From Macrostomum lignano (Eukaryota): a stretch of 64,000 nt of DNA. The notes below the pieces were generated by a model. It did not search any database, was not told the DNA's origin, and saw only the letters and a program-made list of their open reading frames with translations. The translations under genes were made by a program, and so were the position numbers. Shown piece by piece: positions 12,347 through 25,914 of the stretch. The stretch spans positions 1 through 64,000 of the forward strand of contig NIVC01000261.1 of the NCBI GenBank assembly GCA_002269645.1. The letters are read 5' to 3'. Each line of letters opens with the position of its first letter. Positions within the stretch are counted from its first letter, which is position 1.

Positions 12347-13506
12347 CTTTAGACAGACATTGCCCGACATTCTGCGCGGCACCCCAGCCGACGAGATCAA
12401 TGCTTCACTCAAACCTTAATTTAACACGAATGTACTCCATTTTATGTTTCCTCTATCTTAAGTATTAGCAAGTTTTTGTTTGAGTATGACTTCAGATTTA
12501 AGAATGCATTTAAAATAGTTCCGGGTATTTGAATTCTGCGGGTTCAAAATCCATGTTTTAGAACATTGCGGATTCAAAATAGCTTATTTTATAGCTATTT
12601 ATTAGTTTGTAAATTTATTACAGAACGTTCGCTTTTGTGAAATATGAAATCATACTACTGTCATAAGCATGAAAACTTCGCAGCGCTTATCTCGAATTCA
12701 TACAAGCCATGTTTCTTCCAATAGAATAAAGTAAATCCAATATAAATTTTTGTATTCATAAATTTTTGGTTGTTTGTCAATATCCTCATTTCAAATTTAC
12801 TTTGGAGAACCTGGTCTGGATATGTCAGTTGACTGCACCGATGAAGCGCTATTTGAAAAAGTTGTGCAAATTTCGTTTAGAGCCATTTGATCCCAGTCCA
12901 AAACCTAGGATAGGCTCCATTATTTGAGCGAATTTCAGATCCGGTTGTGAAACTCCAACAAAGAATCTACATTCAGCAGCTGCTCTGTTTGTAAAACCTG
13001 AGAGTTTGCACAGCGCGTTGAGCTTTTAGTGATCGCTGCAAAAAGGAGTATCATTCTTTATACTGGCATTGATTCATCTCAGCTTTCTGACATTTTGCAT
13101 ATTTCCTGTTTTTTGACTAAGTTGATGTCTTCATTAGCTACACTGCAGATTCGTTGCGCCCCTAGTTCAATTCCTGTTGCTAAATCGCAGTTGTCAGTTA
13201 GGTGCGGTTTGTCTACACGTAGGAGAATATGGCAGGCTAGGAACAACGGTTAAAGTTGCAGTTCACACACACAGGTAGACCAGCTGCAACCGTTTTGCAC
13301 CGGCAGGCATTGGCTCCAATAATTTTAAGGCAATGCAATCTTCTGATTGGCATCTCAGAGGCTGAGAAGCTAATTGGCTCAGAAACGTATTATGAGTATA
13401 TACTTCGTGCAGCACAGAAATGAAAATACACCAACACGTCCCAGCTCTAAAAAGCAAGTCTGAGTACTAAAAAATTATTTTCTTAGGAAAGCAAGCCATA
13501 ATAGCC

Positions 13507-14171
13507 ATGTTTTCACTCCTAGAAGCTGCCTGCTGCCTGCTCAGCCTGCTGTCCGTTGCGTCCGGCGTCTGCGTCCGCTTCCGCGTCGTCTCCGGTTGCC
13601 CCGGAAACGTGACCGGCCTGTCGCAGGTCAGCGGAGTCCGAGACCCTCGCGCCTGCTCGGTGGAGTGCGCAGTGCGACCCAACTGCACCGCCGTGTTCAA
13701 GCGAGACCGCACTTGCTATCTGGCCACTGCCGCTCAGCATGAGGCGCTGTGGAGACCCCTGGACTGCAGCAGCGAGGTCAGTCGGCTCTCTGTCATTTCT
13801 TTTTGTCTTGTGTTAATATTTCTTATTATGAATTGTATTAGCCAAACATTGCAACAGAAATTGACGTATGCAATCGTTTCCTTTAGGTTGTAGATGAGAG
13901 GAGATTGGTCACTGATACAACCGACAGTATTGAGTCTGTTGCAGCCTCCAACAGTGTCACAGCTCCAACTAGCCATGAAATTGCAGTTTCCACTACCAGC
14001 CAGCTTCCCTGCTCTCTAGCCAACCAGCCTTGCACATTCGATAACTCCTATCTGGCCGATTGCACCAGTGAAACAAAATTTCTGCAATGCGACGGTAGTA
14101 AATATGTGCAAAAGACTTGTGGGTCTGGAACAAAGTGGTCAGCGGCTCTGAAAACGTGCGTTAACATTTAA
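13507..14171 (+). CDS. Family A copy A3, intact 184-aa secreted PAN-like + short Ser/Thr linker + CBM14/peritrophin-A-like protein
   Basis: Exons are 13507-13776 and 13887-14171 (phase 0, GT-AG). The N-terminus is hydrophobic (ACCLLSLLSVASG) and the PAN-type core is CSVECAVRPNCTAVFKRDRTCYL. The C-terminus DC..FLQC-x9-CGSGTKW-...C has C-x9-C-x12-C spacing like chitin-binding type-2 domains. Confidence 0.85.
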
Positions 14172-15524
14172 ATCTGAATCTAACGGTCAGCTGTGAAGTC
14201 AACTATTGCTATCACTTTGTGGTCATCGTAGCACTCAGTAATACTCGTATTTGGTTTTCTTACTATGAGGTACTTCTGGCTAGCTTTTCTGAGAACTGCT
14301 AACACAAGCTGAAAAAATGTAAATGTGGGATTGACGTGGTTAGGTTGAAGATAATATCGGGATGAAGTATGCGAAAGTTAGAAAAGCTGCTGGCAACTGC
14401 AGATGGCTTTGAATTGTGAGCGGCACAAGGGGCTTTCTAAGGGCGGGCTTGAGTGCAGGAAAAGAAATACAAAAGGCGGGCACAGACAAGACGCGTGAGC
14501 GAGATCCCGAGTGAATTTCATAGGCTTTCCTATTCTAAAAAAGTACTGGGGAAAGATGACACGCCTGTCACCAAATCCAAAGGCGGAACGATACAGCGAA
14601 AAGAATTCATGAGGATAAGAAAGAATTGATGTGCATCAGACACACAGGAGCTGGTAATTCATGCAGCTGCGTCGAAGAAAATGTGCATCGATGCGTTTCT
14701 TTTAGCTCTTAACTGTTTTCCCGAAATTTCATGTCTCAACTCTAGAATTCTATCTTTATCCAGAATTTTGTGAAAAACTCGTCCTTACTTTTAAATTCGC
14801 TTTGTTATAAAGTCAAAGACCTCTTATCTGCGTATGTTTTAAACGCATTGGTCTTAATTTACTAAGATATTTTATCTAAGATATTTTATCTTCAAATCAT
14901 TTTACTTCTTTAATATCCTTGTTATAGTCAATAGTTTCTGTGCTTCTTTAGAGCACCCTATTCCTCCTTGTCTTGTCCTTGTACAATGGTCCTTGGGTAA
15001 AAGCGAAATGACACAGCGAAACAAATTCGAGGAGACAAGAGGGCAATTCATGTGTAGCAGTTATTGAAAATAATATTTATTCAACGCTTTTTCACTAAAT
15101 TTCCCCCCTCTTCTCAGTAGAATTAGCAGGAGTCAAAAATGAAATGAGTAAAACTTGTTTTTCCCTTTTACGTTTGCAATTTGTTATAAAGTGAAGGACC
15201 TCTTTGTCTGCAGGTAGAAAATTTATTTGAAGGTTAAATATCGTTTCAATTGTTTTGCAATAGAAATTTTTGCAGATAATTAATCTTTTTAGGAATTTAA
15301 TTGTCACTTCTTGGCAAAAAAGGAAACTTGGGAAGATTATGAACTTTATTAATATGCTCCGTTTTGTTAAACTTGTTTTTAAGCTCTTCGATGTTAATTA
15401 TAAAAACAAAATGCATATTTTAGTCGAATATTTTAACCTATAACGTCTTTATTATATTACTAATTAGTTTCTTTTTCCTTTTTGTCGTTTTGGGTCGTCG
15501 TGAGACAACAGTTGTACACCATAG

Positions 15525-16021
15525 GACAACCGGGAGAGAGTGGGATAAACGGTTCCGACAGCCTGGGTGGCCACACCCTCTTCACGCGATTCGGCGGCAC
15601 CAACGGTCAGCCGGGCTCTAACAGCCCCGCTAGCACCCCAAGCCATAGCAACCACGGCGGCTGCGGCGCCGGCTGGCTCGGCAGGGCCGTCAGCCCCAGA
15701 CGGAGCTCCTCGGACGGAGAGAGAGGCGGCAGTCTAGCCGACGGCTGGGTCGGCGGCAGCGCCGGAAATGGCAGCGTCTGCAACGGAGGCTTCGGGGGAG
15801 GCGGCGGAGGCGGCAGCAGGACCAGCTCAGTGAGAGGCACCGCGGGAGGCGGCGGCGGCTTCAGCGGTGGCGGAGCCGGACTGGGCTTCGGTCACATCGG
15901 CGGCGGCGGCTCCTTCTGCAGGGACGGCTGCGTGTTCGGCGGCACCTGGACCGGCGACCAGGGCTTCGTGTCGGTCCTGCTGGAGTCGGCCTCAGCCGCG
16001 TGTGACTCATCAGACACCTGA
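15525..16021 (+). CDS. Family B copy B2: orphan intact terminal exon (glycine-rich domain C-half)
   Basis: The AG is at 15523-15524 and the exon is an open phase-1 frame to TGA at 16021. It is homologous to exon 4 of B1/B3. No exons 1-3 are found immediately upstream. Confidence 0.6.
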
Positions 16022-16864
16022 TGGCAGTGCAACCGCTTTTTGAAGCTGTTTGAAGCTTGGCCAGTCATATTTTTACTTGGATTGTCACTGATTGATGCTG
16101 CTTATTTTGGAACCTTGACGTATTCAGAGTCGGTAAAAATAGGTGTAACAACTCTGATTAGTTGGCTATTCTAAATGTAATCAATACCTGCATCATTTTT
16201 GTTTGGGCGATAAAATTGTGAATTCAAAATATTCATCCTTATACGCGCTCGTACTCGTACTGCTAGGAATGAGAACAGTGTTGAATTTCAGAGTTGAGTA
16301 ACTCCAAATCTAACTACTTACTAACTTGTCATCACTAGTAGTGTGTGCGCATTTTAAAATTCCATGAGCCAGGCGATCATCGTTGTGTCACCTTTACTCA
16401 ACATTTGTTATTCTCAACTTAAAGGAAATTTTCTTCAATACGCTTTTTGCCTTTTCTGAAAGCACGTCAAGCTAAATTGCCATTGAACTGATTGTTGAAT
16501 CTTTCCCATCTTTAAGCACAGAAAGCTCAAAAAATTCTCAATTCTCAATAATTAATAAATACTCAATGCACTCGTCTGTCTGCAACCGCAGGTACTTTTT
16601 CCTGCCATGGGTTGCCATGCTGTATTTGCTGGCTCAGAAATTAGTGTTACAGCTTAAGCTGTGTTTAAGCCTTAACTTTTGCAGCTCAGTGCGTTGATGG
16701 GAATGTTTTTTTATTCTTGGGTAAAAGGTTTGGACCGACAGACTCTAATGCAATACAGCCAAACTGAATGCTCAAAGCAAACTGCCGGGATTTGTTTGCC
16801 CACAGCAACAACCACGACGTGTAAAAGAAATTACTCAGGGTTCAATATAAACTTCTGAAAGATG

Positions 16865-17568
16865 CATTGGGGTCGCAGAGAGATGCAGGGACGTGGTAGA
16901 AACGCAGGGAGGTGTTGGGAGATGCCAGAGAGGTGGTAGAAATGCAGGGAGGTGTTGGGAGATGCCAGAGAGGTGGTAGAAATGCAGGGAGGTGTTGGGA
17001 GATGCTAGAAAGGTGGTAGAGATGCAGGGAGGTGAAAGAGATATGCAGGGAGATAGTAGAGATGCAGGGAGGTGAAAGAGATATGAAGGGAGATAGTAGA
17101 GATGCATGGAGGTGAAAGAGATATGCAGGGAGATAGTAGAGATGCAGGGAGGTGAAAGAGATATGCAGGGAGATAGTAGAGATGCAGGGAGGTGAAAAAG
17201 ATATGCAGGGAGATAGTAGAGATGCAGGGAGGTGAAAGAGATATGCAGGGAGATAGTAGAGATGCAGGGAGGTGAAAGAGATATGCAGGGAGATAGTAGA
17301 GATGCAGGGAGGTGACAGAGATATGCAGGGAGATAGTAGAGACGCAGGGAGGTGAAAGAGATATGCAGGGAGATAGTAGAGATGCAGGGAGGTGAAAGAG
17401 ATATGCAGGGAGATAGTAGAGACGCAGGGAGGTGAAAGAGATATGCAGGGAGATAGTAGAGATGCAGGGAGGTGAAAGAGATATGCAGGGAGATAGTAGA
17501 GATGCAGGGAGGTGAAAGAGATATGTGGGGAGATAGTAGAGATGCAGGGAGGTGAAAGAGATATGCAG
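16865..17568. repeat. 40-bp purine-rich minisatellite (GAGATGCAGGGAGGTGAAAGAGATATGCAGGGAGATAGTA)
   Basis: Direct reading. It explains the repetitive 248-aa minus-strand ORF. Confidence 0.95.
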
Positions 17569-17838
17569 TGATGGAATTCATACTTTCCTGCTACGGCTCT
17601 TGTAAATCACCCACCCACATGACCCTACATTGTCGAGGTGATCATTCAACTACTTCCAAATACTCAAGTACACACACTTTTGAAGGGATTGATTCTGAGA
17701 GTCGTCAGTCAACCTTTGGTTTTTGAGCACATACTGAGCATTTTACTGAGCATATACTGGGTATGTACTCATGCATATAACACGACAACAAAACTACACA
17801 ACACGTCTCAAATGGAAGAAGCCAGTCTTCTCTGCCAG

Positions 17839-17931
17839 CCTCGCGCCTGCTCGGTGGAGTGCGCAGTGCGACCCAACTGCACCGCCGTGTTCAAGCGAGA
17901 CGGCACTTGCTATCTGGCCACTGCCGCTCAG
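17839..17931 (+). other. Isolated 93-nt family-A PAN core (PRACSVEC...CYLATAAQ) flanked by AG and GT
   Basis: It is identical by eye to the corresponding part of A5. CAG lies immediately 5' and GTGTGA immediately 3'. Confidence 0.7.
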
Positions 17932-18636
17932 GTGTGACGCCTTTGGAAGAAATTGACAATGATTTCATCAATTTGACTATTTCATATTGGTAGTTAATTT
18001 GCTCATATTTACAGAGAGCCACTTTGCCCCTAGCATTTTCAGGTAAGTCTAAGGCTATTTGTTTATTTATTTCAAAGTCACCACTCTACGAAATGAAATC
18101 ACACAATTGCCATAGGCATGCAAACTTCGCAGAGCTCTCTCGAATTCAGACAAGTCATTTTACTCCTAGAAAAAAGTGAATCCAATATCAATTTTTGTAT
18201 TCACTGCCAGCCGGATGTGTGTCAATTTCCTCACTTTAAATTTACTTTGTACGAGCTAGAACCTGGGTGGATACTGCAGTTTAAACTCGTGGAGCATTAT
18301 CCAGTAATTTAGAGAAGTTATGCAAATTTCGTTTAGAGTCATTTGATCCCAGTTCAAACCTAGGCTGGGCTTCATATCTGAGCGAAATTCAGGTCCGGTT
18401 GTGAAACTCAAACAAAGAATCTGCATTCAGCAGCTGCTCTGTTTTTACAACCTGAGAGTTTGCACAGCGCGCTCAGCTTTTTGGGAACATCGCTGCAAAA
18501 TGGACTATCATTCTTTTTACTGGCATTGATCCATCTTAGCTTTCTGATATTTTGCATATTTCCTGTTTTCTGACTAATTTGACGCCTTCATTTGCTACAC
18601 TGCAGATTCGTTGCGCCCCTAGTTCGATTCCTGTTG

Positions 18637-18806
18637 CTAATTAGGAGCTACTGAACACGACAAACTTGGCCTGCACATGTAGGTTGTTTTAAGATACACA
18701 GCCATGAGGGCCGAACTCCCCAAATTAGGAGCTACTGAGCACGACAAACTTGGCCTGCACATGTAGGTTGTTGTAAGATTCACAGCCATGACGGCCGACC
18801 TCCCCA
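18637..18806. repeat. 84-bp tandem duplication
   Basis: TTAGGAGCTACTGAACACGACAAACTTGG... occurs at 18641 and again at 18725. Confidence 0.85.
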
Positions 18807-19134
18807 AGGCACAGACAGTGTTCATGCCTGCCGATTAGAAAGTCAGGATTGCTGTACACTCTGTGTGAGTATGTTTATGAGTATTGGCGCGCTTATGTGC
18901 TCAGAAGTCAGAGGAATGGGTAACTTTAAGCGAAAATACAACAGAGAGATCTGGCGCGCACGAACACTGTGCAGACAGCTACAATGGGCTAAAATCAACA
19001 TTTTATTATGGTTTTTGCGGCACGAGTTTGCGTATAACTAAACATTCTCGAAACGTCTTGTTTCCTTGTTTCCTTCGTTAGGAAATGAGATCGCAAAAAC
19101 AAAGTCACTGAATCAGAATGCCTGATTTGCTCTA

Positions 19135-19208
19135 AAGCGAGACGGCACTTGGTATCTGGCCAATGCCGCTCAGTATTTGGCGCTGTGGAGACCACTGGAC
19201 TGCGTCAG
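19135..19208 (+). pseudogene. Family A exon-1 3' fragment (paralogue of 5371-5444)
   Basis: It is the same fragment with TGC->TGG in the CYL motif. Confidence 0.8.
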
Positions 19209-19995
19209 TATGTTCTCCGTGATGTTTTCACGAGAAAATCTTTGATATTAAGTTTGTCAGTTTAATTAATATTGGTAGGTTATCTGCTCATATTAACAGT
19301 GGCACATTTCTAGGTAATGCTGGAGAGGCGGGTCTTCCGTACCTACAAAAAGTACTTTACATGTATGTGCTTTTGTGGAATTCCATTTTTATTCTTTAAT
19401 CATCGAACGGACCAGTTAGAAAAAGTAGCATAATGGCCAGCTTAAGTGCATAAATAATTCACTTCAAGTTCGACACATTTAATTCAAATGGCGACCAACC
19501 AACTCAGAGTTACTAAAAGACCAAGTCAGGTGCATCAAATAGTCATTTCAAGTAGCAGAATCTGGGCTTCTGAGTATTTCTCTTCCGCCTAGGAATAACG
19601 AACACGGAGGTGCCAGTCTGTCATCGTTTAATTTGCACGTGACTCGGATATATTTTGGCAGACAAACTGAATTTTATGCTTTCAGAGCTTTCTCAAATTT
19701 AAGCAAGTCATTTTACTCATCGAAAAGAGAATATCCAGTATTCTTCTTGGTATTCTCTCTCCAGCTGCAGCCCGACGTTTTTCAATTCCGACACTAAATT
19801 TACTTTGTAAAACCTGATCTGCACACTGCAGTTGACCACGCAGTTTTTTCTGCAAATGTAAAGAGAAAATTTTGCTAATTTTTCTGTCAGTTTTTTCCTG
19901 AAAACCCAGGTTGAAGTTCATTATTTGACCAAAATTCAGATCCGGTTCTGAAACTCAAATCACAAATCTCCGTTTAGCAGCAACTTTACTTTTCA

Positions 19996-21262
<1,267 letters not shown>

Positions 21263-22582
21263 GAGTGAAATTGTAAGCCATAAGTACAAGTCCGTATAAA
21301 ATCTACACTTAGAATGTCCGAATTCAAATCGGCGCCCAAAAGTTTACGTTTTTATGCTTTGAAAATATTTAAAGCTTAAAGTTTACGAATTGAACAATTG
21401 TAGACCAAAAAAGACCATATTTCTTATATTTGATATCAATCAATAAAAATCCAGGACAATCGGTCTCAAGGCAGATTTTGCTGTTCCTACTGAATTGAAT
21501 TTCATCATTTGAAGTGAGCATGTCAGAAGATTCTAACTGGATTCCCAAAAAATCCTGGCTCATGGGCAGTTGCTGAGATTCCAATGCCAATCAATAGATC
21601 GATTCGATGAGAGCTCGCGTACATGTGGCCAGACTGAACTGCTAATGCAGCGACCTGGGTTCGAATTTTGAGTGCAAATGTTTTCATTTAAAGCTTTTAT
21701 GATGTGACGAAATCTCAAGAATAGAAGAAACATAACAGAAGTGACATATAATGCATAAAAGAAACGTCTAACAACCATGAAAGAATATAGAATTGTCTCT
21801 TATTTAGGGCCATCTAACTCTGCTGCCCACGCTTGCATCATTTTAGCATCTATATTATTGCCTGAAGATGCCGATTGTTCGGCGAAACATGTCGCGCAAA
21901 GATGAATAAAATTGTAATTAAGTAATTTTAAAGGAAAAAGCGAATGTTCGTTTTTGCTTCGTTCTCCTGGCTTTTATCAAACCATAAAAAAGTCACTTCA
22001 GACATCAAAGAAACGCCATACCAATGCTCACTCGGGAGATGCTGAGATGCTATAGTGATGATGATTTGACGATGCAAAGCTTTTAGCAGGTAAAACTTGT
22101 TTTACCAAACACATTTCCTATTTCTTTGAATGTTAAATCCCAGAACGGAGACTAAGAAAGCTATGATAGTAAACTAAATGGATGTGTGAACACTGTTTGA
22201 AGTTTTAAAGCATTTTTGTCAAAGATGAAGTAAAAATCTTTTAAATATAAACTCTGAGTAAATAGAGGCAGCAATGTCTTTGATCTCAGGAGAAAGCTCC
22301 GAAACAAAGGAACTCAAGCAAAGAAGCCCGCCCCCAGACTTATCGACTACAATGAAGCGCATGAGAGCCAAGAAGACTTGCTCTCTACGATTGGCTGCGA
22401 TCCCGCCTTTCACAGACTTTCTCCCCTGTCCCAATGGAATTGCCATCCGACAGCAGCTCATAAAAAACCCGGTCGCAACCCGGTTGCCAAATCACTGCTG
22501 AAGAACTTCTAAAGTGTATCGTCCTACAATTAGAATCACAAGAAATTGAAAGCTAAAATAACCTTACTAGCTCTGCAGTGCC

Positions 22583-24064
22583 ATGGCTGAGCAATGCTTG
22601 TCATTAAAACTTGCTTTTCTATTCGGTAAGTGACTAAAATGCAGCTCCCAAATTACTCGTATTTAAGACTGCCTAGATTAATCTTTTTGATTGTTTTATA
22701 CTGACTTCATTGCCCCAACGCAGTTTTCTGCTCTCTCGTGCTTCGAGTACAAGGCGACAGTTCGCGGACCTATTCTGTGTGCTCAGAGCAGCAGCTTCAC
22801 ATGCTGGAAGCCGTTCTCAACGCCTACAACAACGTCACGACAACAACCAAGGCCACTGATGTAATCGACTGTCTAGCAAAGTGCCAGAGGGTGAGCTGCA
22901 GCGCTGCCGTCTCTGTGGAGAGCAATGCCATGTGCGAGATGGTCGGCATAACAACCGCCAAGCTGTCAATCTCAGCAAATCAGGTGCAGCGAGTCATCGG
23001 ATCTCAGGTCGGTGCAAAGGTGTGGAAGGCGGACGACAGCGACTGGCCTTCGCCTGCAGTGCAGCTTCGGAGTGAGTCATCAATGCATTGTTGTGGATTG
23101 GCTAGCAAAGACCGAAATTGCACTCACTCCAGTTTTGTAACTCGCTGACGCCGCTCCATTGCAGACAGCAGCACAGGTAGAAACGGCTCAATCCAAAGCG
23201 TCCTCATCAACACGACCGGCTGCTACCTGATCAAAGCTGCCGGTGCCAGAGGTGGCGACAACTTACTGAACAACACATCCGGAGGCCAGGGAGCCCAGGT
23301 GAGCGCCAGAGTCAACCTGACGGCCGGCACCCAGCTGAGCATCATTGTGGGCCAGATGGGTGGCTCGACGTCTTTGGATTACGAAGGAGGCGGCGGAGGC
23401 GGTGGCAGCTTCGTGTACCGGACGGTCGACCAGCTGCTGCTGCTGGCTGCCGGCGGAGGCGGCGGAGCTTCCAGCATTAAAAATGGTGAGCTCAGTAGCT
23501 GCAGTTGCTAGAAATTGTAAAATATGATAAGCAAAAACCACTCGGATAAGCAGTTTGGCTGATTTCACTGCAGGAAAACCAGGAGAGACTGGGATAAACG
23601 GTTCCGACAGCCTGGGTGGCTACGCCTCCTTCACGGGATTCGGCGGCACCAACGGTCAGCCGGGCTACAACAATCCCGCTGACACCCCAAGCAATAGCAA
23701 CCACGGCGGCTGCGGCGCCGGCTGGCTCGGCAGGGCCGTCAGCCCAAGGCGGAGCTCTTCGGACGGAGAGAGAGGCGGCAGTCTGTCCGACGGCTGGGTC
23801 GGCGGCAGCGCCGGAAACGGCAGCGTCTGCGACGGAGGCTTCGGGGGAGGCGGCGGAGGCGGCAGCAGGACCAGCTCACTGAAAGGCGCCCCTGGAGCTG
23901 GCGGAGGCTTCAGCGGCGGCGGTGCCGGACTGGGCTACGGCCACAGCGGCGGCGGCGGTGGCTCCTTCTGCAGGGGCGGCTGCGTGTTCGGCGGCACCTG
24001 GACCGGCGACCAGGGCTTCGTGTCCGTGCTTCTGGAGTCGGCCGCCTGCGACTCGGGCACCTGA
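22583..24064 (+). CDS. Family B copy B3, intact 400-aa secreted PAN-like + ALK/LTK-like glycine-rich domain protein
   Basis: Exons are 22583-22625, 22724-23071, 23165-23485 and 23574-24064 (1203 nt, open). The N-terminus is signal-like (MAEQCLSLKLAFLFVFCSLVL) and the PAN-like motif is DCLAKCQRVSCSAAVSVESNAMCEM. The GRD motifs are GSIQSVLINTTGCYLIKAAGARGG, GQGAQVSARVNLTAGTQLSIIVGQMG, GGGGGSFV, LLAAGGGGG and GAGGGFSGG. There is no TM segment. Confidence 0.88.
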
Positions 24065-24744
24065 TGCCACTGCAACCGCTTGTTGAAGTGGGGCTTGGCC
24101 AGTAATATTTTAACTCTGACGGTCACTGTTTAGGATATTCACAACCCTTAATCTGATTAGAGCGCTCTTCTATATGTAATCAGTTTATACATTATGCTGT
24201 TGAACCAATTAATCAGTTTCAATACCTTAATTCGCAGAACTTTGAATTCAAAAATATTCGCAAAATACTACTGCTTGGGATGAGAACATTGTGACTAGTG
24301 CTGGACTTCAGAGTCGAGTTACATGTAAATTTAACTACTCACCAACATCTCATCACTAGTAGTGCATGCGCATTTTAAAGTGCATAGCTTGAAACCCAAG
24401 CGATGTCAAGGCGAATCGTTGCGACTTTCACTCAAGATTTGTTAGAATTCTAATCAGCTTCGCTTACATGCTTAGAAAACCATTTTGCTGTTTTCTTCCT
24501 GAAATCACGTCAAACTGAACTGTTATTTAACTGATTCTTGAATCTTTAACTGCTTCTGACTTTGCACTCAGACAACTCTAAAGGTTTTCAATTCCGGCTA
24601 ATTACGAACTAATAAATACTGAAAGCACTCGGATGTCCCATGCAAGCCGCTCGTCTTTTTTTCCTACCAGAGGATTTCTGGAGGTTTTTTTGGACGAGCG
24701 GAATAAATCTGTGTGCTCAGCTGTCTTCCAGTGCCTGCTTTTGG

Positions 24745-25691
24745 CCTGTTGCAGGTTAACGGAGTTCGAGACCCTCGCGCCTGCTCTGTGGAGTGCGCAG
24801 TGCGACCCAACTGCACCGCCGTGTTCAAGCGATACGGCACTTGCTTTCTGGCCAGGGCCGCTCCGTATGAGGCGCTGTGGAGACCCCTGCACTGCGTCAG
24901 CGAGGTCAGTTGGCTCTCTGTCATTCGATCTCTCTGTCTTGTTTATATATTGCTTATTATGAATTGTATTAACTATAGGCATTGCAACAGAAATTTACGT
25001 ATGCAATCGCTTCTTTCTTGTTGTAGATGAAAGGACATTGGCCACTGATACAACCGACAGTATTGAGTCTGTTGCAGCCTCCAACAGTGCCACTGCTCCA
25101 ACTACCAGTGCCACTGTGCCACTGCTCCAACTACCAGTGCCACTGTGCCACTGCTCCAACTACCAGTGCCACTGTGCCACTGCTCCAACTACCAGTGCCA
25201 CTGTGCCACTGCTCCAACTACCAGAGTCACTGCTCCAACTACCAGTGCCACTGCTCCAACTACCAGAGTCACTGCTCCAACTACCAGTGCCACTGCTCCA
25301 ACTACCAGTGCCACTGCTCCAACTACCAGTGCCACTGCTCCAACTACCAGTGCCACTGCTCCAACTACCAACTACCAGAGTCACTGCTCCAACTACCAGT
25401 GCCACTGCTCCAACTGCCAGTGCCACTGCTCCAACTACCAGTGCCACAGCTCCAACTGCCAGTGCCACTGCTCCAACTACCAGTGCCACTGCTCCAACTA
25501 CCAGTGCCACTGCTCCAACCAGCACCATCGGCCCCATTTGCGCCCTAGCTGAACAGTCCTGCACCACTGATTTCATCTACATGCAAGCCTGTGACAGTGA
25601 CCTGCATTTTCTTCAGTGCACAAACGGAAAATACGTTCGCATGCAATGCGCTGATGGAACAAGTTGGTCGGCTGGAACGTGCACTGGATGA
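24745..25691 (+). pseudogene. Family A copy A4: 5'-truncated, in-frame acceptor lost, long Thr-rich repeat, intact C-terminal Cys domain
   Basis: Homology starts abruptly at 24745, so there is no signal peptide. The donor is at 24905. The A3-type acceptor (CTTTAG|GTTGTAG) reads CTTTCTTGTTGTAG here, leaving only an out-of-frame AG at 25025-25026. The exon-2 frame is open to 25691 (...FLQCTNGKYVRMQCADGTSWSAGTCTG). Confidence 0.7.
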
Positions 25692-25914
25692 TAACCCGCG
25701 GCTTAATTTGTTGGAATCGATATGGAGAAATAGCCATTCTGCAGTCGGTTTGCCAAGTGCCGCCATTTAAGATTCAATTAAGACATTTGTCTACATTTAG
25801 AGGAAAATTTGATAGATATGGACAAACCAGTTTTAGTATATATGATTTGTAGCTTTTTTAAGCTTTAGACAAAACGAGATTGGCCTCTATTACAACTGAC
25901 AGCCTTGAGACCAT

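Noticed and set aside
13776-15525. A3 exon 1 splicing to orphan B2 exon (PAN-GRD chimera)
   Set aside because: The phases are incompatible: the donor is phase 0 and the acceptor exon is phase 1.
16835-17581. 248-aa His/Ser/Pro ORF (also 37895-38905 and 63111-63449)
   Set aside because: These are minisatellite translations.
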